IMG/VR virus record: IMGVR_UViG_2935656913_000002
Length of the DNA: 64,000 bases
Origin: a virus
Direction: 5' to 3' (one strand)
Shown here: piece after piece, positions 54,621-62,969 of the stretch
Position numbering within the stretch: position 1 is the first letter of the stretch
Layout: the number at the start of each line of letters is the position of its first letter
Translations under genes and position numbers: made by a program
The notes under the pieces: generated by a model
The model's database searches: none
Told to the model about the DNA's origin: nothing
Seen by the model: the letters and a program-made list of their open reading frames with translations, nothing else

Positions 54621-56702
54621 TTAGGCGTAAGCGACGGATTGGGCCTGTAGCTGAGCGCTAGTTAAGCGCGACGCATAGATTACTTCTTCATCATAGAAGC
54701 CGTCACCGTAACTATAATTGATGCTGTTGCGGGCAAGGTATGAGTTAGAGCGGTTGAACGAGCCAATCGGGGACGCTGCGATGTTAGACCCTACTGCGCC
54801 CAAATAACCCGCTTGGCTTCCCGATGCGTCACCGGCTAACGATGCACCGAATGGTGTTCGCATATCCGTCGCACCAACGGGTGAAACAACAGCGGTTGTT
54901 CCATTCCAGCCGCGCGATGTTTTGTCAGTATGCCCGCCGACCAACCATTGCGCCCCTACTAGACCAAGCAAATTATTATCCTGTATCGCTTGTGACGTTT
55001 GGGCGTGCACAATCGTGGTCAACTGCGCTCTCTGTATGATCGCTTCAACCAGTGGCGAGTGCTCGCACGTTTCAACAGCTCGGGTTACGGGAGACAACGT
55101 GTCGTTGGGAATGACGGGACCGGCAAACGTATTATCTTCGAATTGATTGAGGATAAAATACACGACAGAACCGGCCGTCGCCTCAATCCACATGACATCG
55201 GCTGTATTCAAAGCACCGGCTGTAAGGGACGCCAATGTAACCGATTGGCGCACATAATTTGTCGTCACGGTGCGAGCCATCCCGGTGGGTGCGCAGAAAC
55301 CCGTACGAAGATTTATAGCACCACTGCCGCGAACGTATGCAGATAGTGCATGAATATTTAGATTTGATGTTTGCCCGCTAAAACTCGCCTGTGCCGTTGT
55401 TGAACCAGCGCTATTATCAAGTTTATAAACCTTGCCGCTTGTGCAAATGTTAGACAACCCCGCAGCCGTCAATGCTGCGCTATCATCAACGATCGTCAAT
55501 GTTGCGGCAGCATCCCCTGTTTTTGCTACGTTGGTTGTTGCGGTCGGATTGGCGTTTTTGTTGGTTGATTTGCTTGCAACAGAGTTATTCAACGCAAGTT
55601 GCCGAACACCATTCTCGAACGTATATCGCGGTTGATGCGCGACAAGATCATTCTTTGTTACACCGCTGCTGTCTTTGTAAGTACGGCTTGTCGTTCCGGA
55701 CGCTGTGAATGAATAAACATCGCTGAACGTCGCAGAGCGCAACGTCGGACGGGCAGTCCAAGAGCGCAGCGAGATATTGCTCGCCGACGAGGTACCTACC
55801 GAAGTCTTATAGAACCGAACCCATGTCGTCGTTGACTTCGCAATGAACGATTGGAAGAATTGCCCACTGACCGCCGTCACGTTCACCGCCGCAACTACGT
55901 CAACACCGCCCTGCGTGGTGCCAATGGCCAAGGTCACAGACCCCGCGCCTATAGTGATGTTCTCACTTAGCGTGTAGGCTTGCCCGACGACGGTTGCAAA
56001 ACTCTGGTCAGCGCTGGCGTTGTTGGTTCCGTCGCCAGTCAGGTTGAGCGTGCCCGAAGGTGCATTGGTCGCCGTACCCGTGCCGCCGTTGACCGACATT
56101 GACCAGTTGGCGTTGTTGATCAACTCGGCGCCCACGTCGCCAAGCATTACCTCTTGGACGGAAATCGCGCCGAAAGTGGTAAACCCGGCAGAGGTGTTTG
56201 AATTGTTATCCACCTGAATGCTAACGACCGTCGAAGTCGAAAGGAAATAGGCGGCGTTGACGCCATTGGCCGACCAAGCAACTCGCGTCGTTCCGCTAGA
56301 CACGAAAACACCGGTGTTGGAATTGGCTTGGAACGCGCCCGTTGCACTGCTGGCCGCGATGCGGTTGACGGAAACTTTGTAGAGCTTGCCGGGGACCGTG
56401 TTGAAGCTCTGAGAGGCGCTCGCGTTGTTTGCCGACGTGTTGGTCAGAGTGACGTTATTGGCGCCATTCCAGACGAAGCTGGTGTTCGCGCCTTGAGTCC
56501 AACCGGACACGTCCGTCGCGAATGCGCCATTAACGACAATCTCCGGCCCAAGCTGCGGCACGGAATAGAGATTGCGGCGGAAGTCCGCGATCACGGCGGG
56601 AAGCTGATCTCCCGTGTTATAGCGTGCCGTGGAGAGCCAGAACGAGGAAAGATTGGCGAGCAGTGCTCCCGCAACGCCCGCTTTGATTGCTATCGACGGC
56701 AT
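54621..56702 (-). CDS. Large fibre-like protein with carbohydrate-binding-like repeats and a LamG-like C-terminus
   Basis: Duplicated LG(P/A)E...N...W...ASQSF.TV.G..Y modules; C-terminal YGDGFYDE..IY..RL. Confidence 0.65.
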   Translation of the reverse strand: MPSIAIKAGVAGALLANLSSFWLSTARYNTGDQLPAVIADFRRNLYSVPQLGPEIVVNGAFATDVSGWTQGANTSFVWNGANNVTLTNTSANNASASQSFNTVPGKLYKVSVNRIAASSATGAFQANSNTGVFVSSGTTRVAWSANGVNAAYFLSTSTVVSIQVDNNSNTSAGFTTFGAISVQEVMLGDVGAELINNANWSMSVNGGTGTATNAPSGTLNLTGDGTNNASADQSFATVVGQAYTLSENITIGAGSVTLAIGTTQGGVDVVAAVNVTAVSGQFFQSFIAKSTTTWVRFYKTSVGTSSASNISLRSWTARPTLRSATFSDVYSFTASGTTSRTYKDSSGVTKNDLVAHQPRYTFENGVRQLALNNSVASKSTNKNANPTATTNVAKTGDAAATLTIVDDSAALTAAGLSNICTSGKVYKLDNSAGSTTAQASFSGQTSNLNIHALSAYVRGSGAINLRTGFCAPTGMARTVTTNYVRQSVTLASLTAGALNTADVMWIEATAGSVVYFILNQFEDNTFAGPVIPNDTLSPVTRAVETCEHSPLVEAIIQRAQLTTIVHAQTSQAIQDNNLLGLVGAQWLVGGHTDKTSRGWNGTTAVVSPVGATDMRTPFGASLAGDASGSQAGYLGAVGSNIAASPIGSFNRSNSYLARNSINYSYGDGFYDEEVIYASRLTSAQLQAQSVAYA

Positions 56703-56706
56703 TGTG

Positions 56707-57114
56707 CTAACCCGCGCCGATAACGGTGATTGCCCGGGTTGCCGTTTGATTGACCGGCGCGGCAGAGGTGCCGCTACGCAGTTGCAGGTACCTGCACGCG
56801 ATGAAGTCCACGACCGGGATGGTGGTGAGCTTTCCGGCAACGGGCGTCACGGAATACTCGGTGCCGTCCGCCTTGTACATGTCGTACCACGTGGTACCGT
56901 CCGGCGACCACTGGAACGTGACAACGGCGGCGAGCCAAGCAGCGGGAACGATGATCCCGGCGAGCCGATAGCCCGCGCGGAAATCAAGAATGTCGGAGAT
57001 GCCGGTCGCGCCAGCGGGAATGTTGACGACCGCCGAACTGGGGGCGGACGCTCGCACAGCGATGCTTGCAACGTCGTCAGCGCCCGAGGCGAGCGCCATC
57101 TTGACAGTAGCCAT
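56707..57114 (-). CDS. Small beta-sandwich putative structural protein
   Basis: TFQWSPDG.TW motif; first gene after its promoter. Confidence 0.6.
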   Translation of the reverse strand: MATVKMALASGADDVASIAVRASAPSSAVVNIPAGATGISDILDFRAGYRLAGIIVPAAWLAAVVTFQWSPDGTTWYDMYKADGTEYSVTPVAGKLTTIPVVDFIACRYLQLRSGTSAAPVNQTATRAITVIGAG

Positions 57115-57148
57115 GAGAGAGTGACCTTTTGTTCGACCGTTTCATTAG

Positions 57149-57177
57149 AGTGTATGAAAAACGGGGAACAAAAGCAA
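57149..57177 (-). promoter_or_regulatory. Putative promoter of the accessory fibre module
   Basis: TTGCTT-N17-TACACT. Confidence 0.5.
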
Positions 57178-57179
57178 CG

Positions 57180-57407
57180 TCACTTCTTCTTACGGCCCTC
57201 GATCTCGGCAAGAACCCATCCGCGTTGCGAACAAATTTCGCGCACCTTATCGTAACGATTGCCGATGAATGAGTGCAGTTGCGGATCAATGCCCGCAATC
57301 CGTTCCCGCACGACCCTCACGTGACAAACGTATTGCGGCGTCGTGATCGTATGTGTCCACCGGGTATTAGTCTCGGCGGGGGCTACTTCTCTGCGTTTGA
57401 TAGGCAT
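57180..57407 (-). CDS. Hypothetical protein
   Basis: 75-aa ORF, MPIKRR start. Confidence 0.5.
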   Translation of the reverse strand: MPIKRREVAPAETNTRWTHTITTPQYVCHVRVVRERIAGIDPQLHSFIGNRYDKVREICSQRGWVLAEIEGRKKK

Positions 57408-57487
57408 CTCGTATCCATTGGTCTACGTCGCAAACTTCACAAGGCAAACGGCGAGGTTTGGGGACCTCGCCGCGCCGGGGGAATGGA

Positions 57488-57886
57488 TCAAACCGCTCCC
57501 GCGTTGTCGTTGGCCGTGTCTGAGTCTGCGCGTTCGTCTCGGCACATAGCATCGAGACGCCGACGAGCATCAATAGTGGCGATACCGTCAAGACGCTGTT
57601 GCACAGCTTGAGGAAAGCGTGGCCGCCGAAGCGTGTCATAGACCGTGAGCAAAAAGGCGATGTCGTCCTGCAAACTCGCGATGGAATTCTTGGCGGAGTT
57701 CGTGACGACCTCAAGATGAGCGGTGAGCCGCTTAACTTGCTCGACGGCTCGCATCTGATGGGTTGTGGCGGGTGCACCGAACGTCGCCTCAGAGGTAGAT
57801 AGGTTGGAGGGCGGGCTCTGGCGGGGGTGGCGGCCCCTTGCCTTCTTTGGCGTAGCGGCGGCTTGCTTCCGGATCGATCTGGCCAT
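57488..57886 (-). CDS. Hypothetical coiled-coil protein
   Basis: 132-aa ORF; overlaps the upstream ORF end. Confidence 0.45.
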   Translation of the reverse strand: MARSIRKQAAATPKKARGRHPRQSPPSNLSTSEATFGAPATTHQMRAVEQVKRLTAHLEVVTNSAKNSIASLQDDIAFLLTVYDTLRRPRFPQAVQQRLDGIATIDARRRLDAMCRDERADSDTANDNAGAV

Positions 57887-58397
57887 CGTGAGTGATCTCC
57901 ATGTAAATATGATTAAGGGCTTCGGGAATGGGCAAGAGGTACGGCTCCCAGTGCGGTGGATCGATCACGAAGGCCATCGCCCAACGCAAACCGTGCAGCG
58001 CGCGGCGGATGATCCTGTGATTGCCGTCAATGATCACGTCGCACTCACGTTGACCGTCCCAATCGGGCACGCGGCACACCAAGATCGGGCGTCGGCAAAT
58101 GTGATAGGTCAATCGATCGACCTTCCACTGCTCGACGCCTTGGTTTTTGTAGATGTGCTTCAGATCGACGCCGCGAAAGTGGTAGCGATCCACATAGTGG
58201 GCCACCTTCCCCGCTTTTAAGTCCTCATAGAGCATCGTCGCATCGAAGTGACGGACTTTGCCGGTCATGTGATCGACATGAGTGAAGACTTCGTGGGTCT
58301 TGCAGCGCTCAAAAAGTGGGCTGCTAAACCACGCGAGAACTTCCGGCGATGCGAAAGGGTCGAAATGTCCCATTGAATTAGGCTCCGGTCGTTGCAT
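57789..58397 (-). CDS. Second ParB/Srx N-domain-like protein
   Basis: RPILVC...DVIIDGNHRI. Confidence 0.6.
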   Translation of the reverse strand: MQRPEPNSMGHFDPFASPEVLAWFSSPLFERCKTHEVFTHVDHMTGKVRHFDATMLYEDLKAGKVAHYVDRYHFRGVDLKHIYKNQGVEQWKVDRLTYHICRRPILVCRVPDWDGQRECDVIIDGNHRIIRRALHGLRWAMAFVIDPPHWEPYLLPIPEALNHIYMEITHDGQIDPEASRRYAKEGKGPPPPPEPALQPIYL

Positions 58398-58441
58398 GAC
58401 CCGCCGATGATAGCCGCGCCGCCCCGACGGCGCAGCAACGT

Positions 58442-58675
58442 TTATCTTTTCTTGCTCGTCGCCGCCGAAGATGACTTCTTGCGGGCGTTGTCGAGCATCT
58501 TTTTGACTTGGCCGATGCTCTCGCGGACAACGAGACCGCCATACATCGTGTAGAGAACGGTGTCTCCGGTGTCCTTGAGACCGAACCAAGCCTTGATGAT
58601 GCCGGGATCGACAAAGACCGGCTCGCCCTTGTTCTTGGGGTCGGTGAATTCCAGAAAATTAGTCTCATTGCTCAC
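58442..58675 (-). CDS. Hypothetical protein
   Basis: 77-aa ORF. Confidence 0.6.
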   Translation of the reverse strand: MSNETNFLEFTDPKNKGEPVFVDPGIIKAWFGLKDTGDTVLYTMYGGLVVRESIGQVKKMLDNARKKSSSAATSKKR

Positions 58676-58856
58676 GTGGGAATTTCCTTTCGGTCCATTC
58701 GATCAACTCCGCGAAGGCAATTCCTGTCGCGAAATACAGGAGGTAGACGAACGGCCGGTCAACCCACTCCTCGGCATAACTGAGGAACGCAAGTACGGCC
58801 ATTAAGCCGACCGCCGTTGTGGATGCGCGGTAAAACCGGACGATTAGAGCATTCAT
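58665..58856 (-). CDS. Small membrane protein
   Basis: Two hydrophobic segments. Confidence 0.5.
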   Translation of the reverse strand: MNALIVRFYRASTTAVGLMAVLAFLSYAEEWVDRPFVYLLYFATGIAFAELIEWTERKFPREQ

Positions 58857-58929
58857 GATTTTGCAGGTTCCTGCACGGGTGTGCTGATTGCAGATTTTAA
58901 GTATACGAAATTTCGGTCATCGAGACAAG

Positions 58930-59217
58930 CTATCCCGGCGAGTCATCCAGCGTCCGCAAGAGCGTCCAAACCGATGTCAGTTGTTGCTCCACGAACTTGC
59001 CGAACGGGCCAAATGCCTTGACGATGGCCGGTCCTTTGAACGACGGGTTGCGGCGCATCTGATCGTAAATCTCGCGCACCTCACGTGACGTGGTCTCGCC
59101 GTAGCCCCCTGCCCTCGCGAGCGCGGCAATATGGTTGAACACGTCCGTCTGCTCTAACTGTGACGGCTTGACTGCGTCCGCCGAAAGTACACGCACCTTG
59201 CCCCAATCAATCCCCAT
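58930..59217 (-). CDS. Hypothetical protein
   Basis: 95-aa ORF. Confidence 0.5.
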   Translation of the reverse strand: MGIDWGKVRVLSADAVKPSQLEQTDVFNHIAALARAGGYGETTSREVREIYDQMRRNPSFKGPAIVKAFGPFGKFVEQQLTSVWTLLRTLDDSPG

Positions 59218-59401
59218 TGTGCGCTCCGATTACCTTGAGGAAGTCCGGCACCGTGTACTCGCAGAACGACTCGGGTATGCGGTACGGGTCCTCGCGGCAA
59301 TCGTTGCACAAGGCAATGGCGCGTTGAGTGGGTACGCCCGTCGTCAGGACTGTTTCGGCCGCCATCGTGCAGCCGTCGCACTTGAGCTTAACCACGGGCA
59401 T
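59207..59401 (-). CDS. Small Cys-rich protein
   Basis: CDGC...CNDC. Confidence 0.5.
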   Translation of the reverse strand: MPVVKLKCDGCTMAAETVLTTGVPTQRAIALCNDCREDPYRIPESFCEYTVPDFLKVIGAHNGD

Positions 59402-59576
59402 GTTCTTGCCTTTCTTTTTCGTCCTCTGCGAGAACAGCCTCAAGTTCCGCCCGCGCCTCACGGAGCTTCGACGTGCTGATGCCGTTCTTGGACATGAGCA
59501 CTTCAACGCCCTTGATGAGTTCGAACGAGAGACGCATTGCCGCCTCCTCGCGCCTTCTGTAATTCATGGTGACCCC

Positions 59577-59807
59577 TCAGTTGATGCGAACGCCGCTGGC
59601 CTTGGTGCACGAGATGACCAGCCGTGGCTTTTTCTTACCCGGGCGCTTCTCATGCGCCACGATGCATCCATCGAACGTAATGTTGATCGACGGCTCCTCG
59701 TCCTTGACCATGTCGCTGGATCGAGTAGCGGCCCTGATCGCAACGTATGGCAAGAGGAGGAGCACAATGAGTATCCCTCCCAGAATGAGAATGATCGCGG
59801 CGCGCAT
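59577..59807 (-). CDS. Small protein with N-terminal TM/signal segment
   Basis: MRAAIILILGGILIVLLLL. Confidence 0.5.
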   Translation of the reverse strand: MRAAIILILGGILIVLLLLPYVAIRAATRSSDMVKDEEPSINITFDGCIVAHEKRPGKKKPRLVISCTKASGVRIN

Positions 59808-59871
59808 GAAAAAAGCCCTAGCTGATGAAGCTAGAGCTTACCACGTCGGGGACTTTGCTGGAACCGCTGCG

Positions 59872-60132
59872 CTACCTGAAGCGAAGCTCTCGGGCGAAGT
59901 CGTATTCACGGTCCACAAGCGCCTGTACGCAGTCCGGCACCTTGCCCCCGAGTACGCGCGTAGTGGCCGCCGTATCGGAGGCGCGCTGTGACAGCTTATA
60001 CCAATGATAGAGATCGTTGAATTTCATTGCCCGTATCTGGGCAAGGTTCGGCGGTGTCGCCTTGGGGTCGGTGCATTCCGCCCGCGCCCCTGTCGTAATA
60101 AGCAAAGCTACAAACAAAACAACGCAACGCAT
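59872..60132 (-). CDS. Small exported protein
   Basis: Signal-peptide-like N-terminus ending ARA. Confidence 0.45.
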   Translation of the reverse strand: MRCVVLFVALLITTGARAECTDPKATPPNLAQIRAMKFNDLYHWYKLSQRASDTAATTRVLGGKVPDCVQALVDREYDFARELRFR

Positions 60133-60135
60133 ACG

Positions 60136-60408
60136 CTACTCCACAGTCGGGGCCGGTGCTTCCTTGATGTCCTTGGCCGGTATGAACTTCGTCAGGTTCT
60201 TCTCGGCATAGATCGGGTCGATATACCAGAGTTCACCCGCGCAATGGGCTTCACGCTGGGCCGCCATGGTAGCCAGCGCTTGGTCCGTTCTTGTGGGATC
60301 GGTAGCCGTGATCTTGCCTATCGTGTCGGCCGTGAGACCGCGATGCACGCCGGAATGATCCAGCAAAATGAGCAGCATCTTAATTCGCTGCGGCGCCATT
60401 AAGGACAT
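60136..60408 (-). CDS. Hypothetical protein
   Basis: MSLMAPQ start with RBS. Confidence 0.5.
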   Translation of the reverse strand: MSLMAPQRIKMLLILLDHSGVHRGLTADTIGKITATDPTRTDQALATMAAQREAHCAGELWYIDPIYAEKNLTKFIPAKDIKEAPAPTVE

Positions 60409-60712
60409 TAAGACCCCTTCTCTCTTTCCAGCTATCGACGTACGGCACAAGCGCCTCCGGTTCGGCCGTCTCGAAATCCGCCTCACACATGCAGAGATCG
60501 AGCGCGACCTCGTACGAATGGTTATCCCGCAGGAATGCAAGATAGCCGCCGTCCTCCGCACGCGTTAGCGCATCGTGAACCAGCTTCTCGGTGTTGGCGT
60601 GCTCGGCAACAGTGACACTCACGGCGAACCCTCCGAAGGTTGTTCCATTCGAAAAAATGCGGGACCGCTTTTTACCGCGATCCGCGCCGAGGAACAACGC
60701 CGAAAATGAATT

Positions 60713-60967
60713 TTAGTTGCTACTTAGATTTGCAGGTCCCTGCAAGTCAGCGGGTAGCACGATGTTGTCGATGATGGGACGCTTGGAGTCAACGTAAACC
60801 TTAAGCTCCGAGAGAACGTCAAGCTGGTTGTTACCGGACATGAACAGTCCGTAGAACGCAACCGCTCCGGTGAAGTAGACATTCCGTAGTACTTCTTGAT
60901 CCTCAGTCGAAAGCTTATCGTAACCGTTAAGCCGTACAACTTCTTCCCAATGGGATTGAAGCGACAT
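60713..60967 (-). CDS. Hypothetical protein
   Basis: 84-aa ORF; palindrome copy at its C-terminus. Confidence 0.55.
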   Translation of the reverse strand: MSLQSHWEEVVRLNGYDKLSTEDQEVLRNVYFTGAVAFYGLFMSGNNQLDVLSELKVYVDSKRPIIDNIVLPADLQGPANLSSN

Positions 60968-61077
60968 CGGTGGTACTCCCGTTACACAACTATAAATTGA
61001 TCGTCAACCGATTTTTCCTGCGGTGGCAGCTTATCACGGATTTTTTGCAGTGCAAGAGAAATTGGTTGCATTTTAAC

Positions 61078-61311
61078 TTACTTCCTCCGGTTGTTGCGAG
61101 CCCCCCGACTCAATACCGGACTCATAGCACCGCCCAAAGTAAAGGACAAACCGTACTTCAAGAAAGAGTCGTAACCCTTCCCTGCCGTGTTCCATGCGGC
61201 GCGGCGACTTGCCGCAGCGATCTGGGGGCTAGCCCAGACCATTTCCAGTTTTTCCCGAAGGGTCGGTTCCCTTGTAAGTTTGGCGTCAGGGAACCGCTTT
61301 TTTATGGGCAT
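61078..61311 (-). CDS. Hypothetical protein
   Basis: MPIKKR start. Confidence 0.45.
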   Translation of the reverse strand: MPIKKRFPDAKLTREPTLREKLEMVWASPQIAAASRRAAWNTAGKGYDSFLKYGLSFTLGGAMSPVLSRGARNNRRK

Positions 61312-61535
61312 GGCACGTACCCGTTCCCGTCCCACACCTGAAGATCGTAGCGCTTTGCATGGGCCGATGACCGCAGGGCCGAGCGCATGGCGTCGTCGTC
61401 ACCGACGGCACCGATCATGATCCAACCGAACCGGCCCCTGCACCGGTAAGACCGCAGCCCGTGACCCGCGAGCGGACGATCATGCATAGGCAGGTGCGAG
61501 TAATCCCGCGCCGTATATCGTTTAAGAATGGGCAT
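61302..61535 (-). CDS. Hypothetical protein
   Basis: MPILKRY start; YRCRGRFGWIMIGA. Confidence 0.55.
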   Translation of the reverse strand: MPILKRYTARDYSHLPMHDRPLAGHGLRSYRCRGRFGWIMIGAVGDDDAMRSALRSSAHAKRYDLQVWDGNGYVPCP

Positions 61536-61861
61536 CGTCTTACTCGTTGGTTTATTCCGATAAACGAAGGTTTGCACGCGCCCTCTCCCGCTGCAAAGGT
61601 TAATGCGCTTCCTCCAACTGTAAGACCGTGTCCGCGAACGCGTAGAACCGTGCACAAGACGGGTCACTACGAACGTACTCCCACCGCGCCACAAGAGAAA
61701 TGTAGTTCGTCGGCGTAATCTCGATCTTGTTCGCTAGGCACCAAGTGCGCATCGCTATCTGTTGCCGAATATCCATGTCTTCTCCTGTTAGGCCGCGTCC
61801 GAAACCCAGTATACCCGCGACGCGCGATTTTGTAATACTAGGGCCGTGCAGGAACCTGCAA

Positions 61862-62059
61862 CTATTTGGGCACGACTTTGAGCGAATGCACGCCTCGCTC
61901 GACATATTGACGATAAAGATCGCGCGCCATCGCATACGTGTAGCTGTCAGGATGCCGGTCAATCTTCTTGCCGTTGATCGCGAGGAAGCCGTTATGCATG
62001 ACCAGCATGAACCGCGTATCACCGTCACGTATGACGAGATCGAAATTGTCGATGTCCAT
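61862..62059 (-). CDS. Hypothetical protein
   Basis: Translationally coupled small ORF. Confidence 0.5.
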   Translation of the reverse strand: MDIDNFDLVIRDGDTRFMLVMHNGFLAINGKKIDRHPDSYTYAMARDLYRQYVERGVHSLKVVPK

Positions 62060-62313
62060 TACTTACCCTTCATGAAGTAGAGTTCGATCAACGCCGCTTG
62101 CGTGTCGTCGTCAGAAATCTCGCCGATAGTCGTGCCCTCTCGATAGCCCCACTCAATTCCACCGTTAGTGAGGTAGAAGCAATCGTAAGTAGTAAAGAGC
62201 TTGTCGAGAAACGCCGCTTTCTTCCGCAGAAGGTCGATGTCCTCCGCAGGCACGGGATCAGCCGTCTTAGGCAAGACGACCGTCCCTTTGATGCGTAGCT
62301 GTCGCCGCACCAT
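62059..62313 (-). CDS. Hypothetical protein
   Basis: Translationally coupled small ORF. Confidence 0.5.
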   Translation of the reverse strand: MVRRQLRIKGTVVLPKTADPVPAEDIDLLRKKAAFLDKLFTTYDCFYLTNGGIEWGYREGTTIGEISDDDTQAALIELYFMKGK

Positions 62314-62519
62314 CAGTTGGCTACCCCCTTGTGCCGCATGTGCTTGATGATGCCGCCGATGATCGAGCCAAACGTTTCGAGTTGATCGAGCGTCATAGTC
62401 GTGCTGATTTCGTTTTCCATGGTGTGTTTCTCAGCAGGCATGACCATGAGTTCGATTTTGCTCGCATCGGTGTATTCGAATTCAAACACCGTGCCGCCGA
62501 TAGTAACGGGAACCTTCAT
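62313..62519 (-). CDS. Hypothetical protein
   Basis: GGAG RBS; first gene after the promoter at 62568-62596. Confidence 0.55.
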   Translation of the reverse strand: MKVPVTIGGTVFEFEYTDASKIELMVMPAEKHTMENEISTTMTLDQLETFGSIIGGIIKHMRHKGVAN

Positions 62520-62567
62520 CGTACCGCTCCGGTTGTATTGCTGTGGTATTACAGTGATTGCTGGTGG

Positions 62568-62596
62568 ATTTTACCGGATTTTTTTGATTGGGACAA
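62568..62596 (-). promoter_or_regulatory. Putative early sigma70-like promoter
   Basis: TTGTCC-N17-TAAAAT with an A-tract spacer. Confidence 0.45.
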
Positions 62597-62916
62597 TGGG
62601 ACGAACCATGTCTTGCAAGTGCAACCACTGCGCTTCGCTTGTCTTACGGCTCGGGACAAACCGGGATTTATGGATTGGCGATCTGGTCAAACCTGTAAGA
62701 CAGTCTTTTCGGGGGAATTTGCTAGGGATTTTCGTACTTATACATATAGGGAGGGGTATGTGGCGTCCCTTTGGTTTTGCTGCACGTGCGAAGGCAAGCA
62801 TGTGGCAATGCCGTACGGGGATGATGTGCTAGGGGATGCATGCATATGGGTATGGCATAGGATTGGTTATGGGCCGCGCTAAGAGGCTTTGGCATGGTGG
62901 TGGTAGGTGGATAGGC

Positions 62917-62943
62917 AAAAGAAAAGGAGGCCCGTAGGCCCCC
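62917..62943 (-). terminator. Intrinsic terminator
   Basis: GGGGGCC-TACG-GGCCTCC followed by TTTTCTTTT. Confidence 0.7.
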
Positions 62944-62969
62944 CGTAGTAGCGTGTATGGTGGGAGGTG

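Larger units (their letters stand above)
588..61861. repeat. Dispersed 16-bp palindrome KTGCAGGNNCCTGCAM, 31 exact copies
   Basis: Copies start at 588, 1124, 4283, 6176, 7076, 8774, 11260, 14424, 16934, 18191, 22856, 25173, 26346, 30466, 32874, 34368, 36683, 38181, 40984, 42720, 44679, 46283, 48265, 49854, 51152, 52586, 54284, 56782, 58861, 60730 and 61846. One-mismatch copies start at 21531, 48806 and 63570. All read directly from the sequence. Confidence 0.97.

Noticed and set aside
56206-56214. Additional DnaA-like box TTATCCACC
   Set aside because: 8/9 match, single and intragenic; expected by chance.
588-61861. Palindrome as a CRISPR repeat, IS/MITE footprint or REP element
   Set aside because: Copies are kilobases apart with no spacers or cas genes, no shared flanks or target duplications, and many lie in frame within essential genes.
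588-61861. Palindrome as just an RBS, a -35 box or a restriction site (contains ACCTGC/GTGCAG)
   Set aside because: Only a few copies precede starts and only one (8774) has a -10-like box at 17 bp. A 6-bp site would not require a 14-bp symmetric context.
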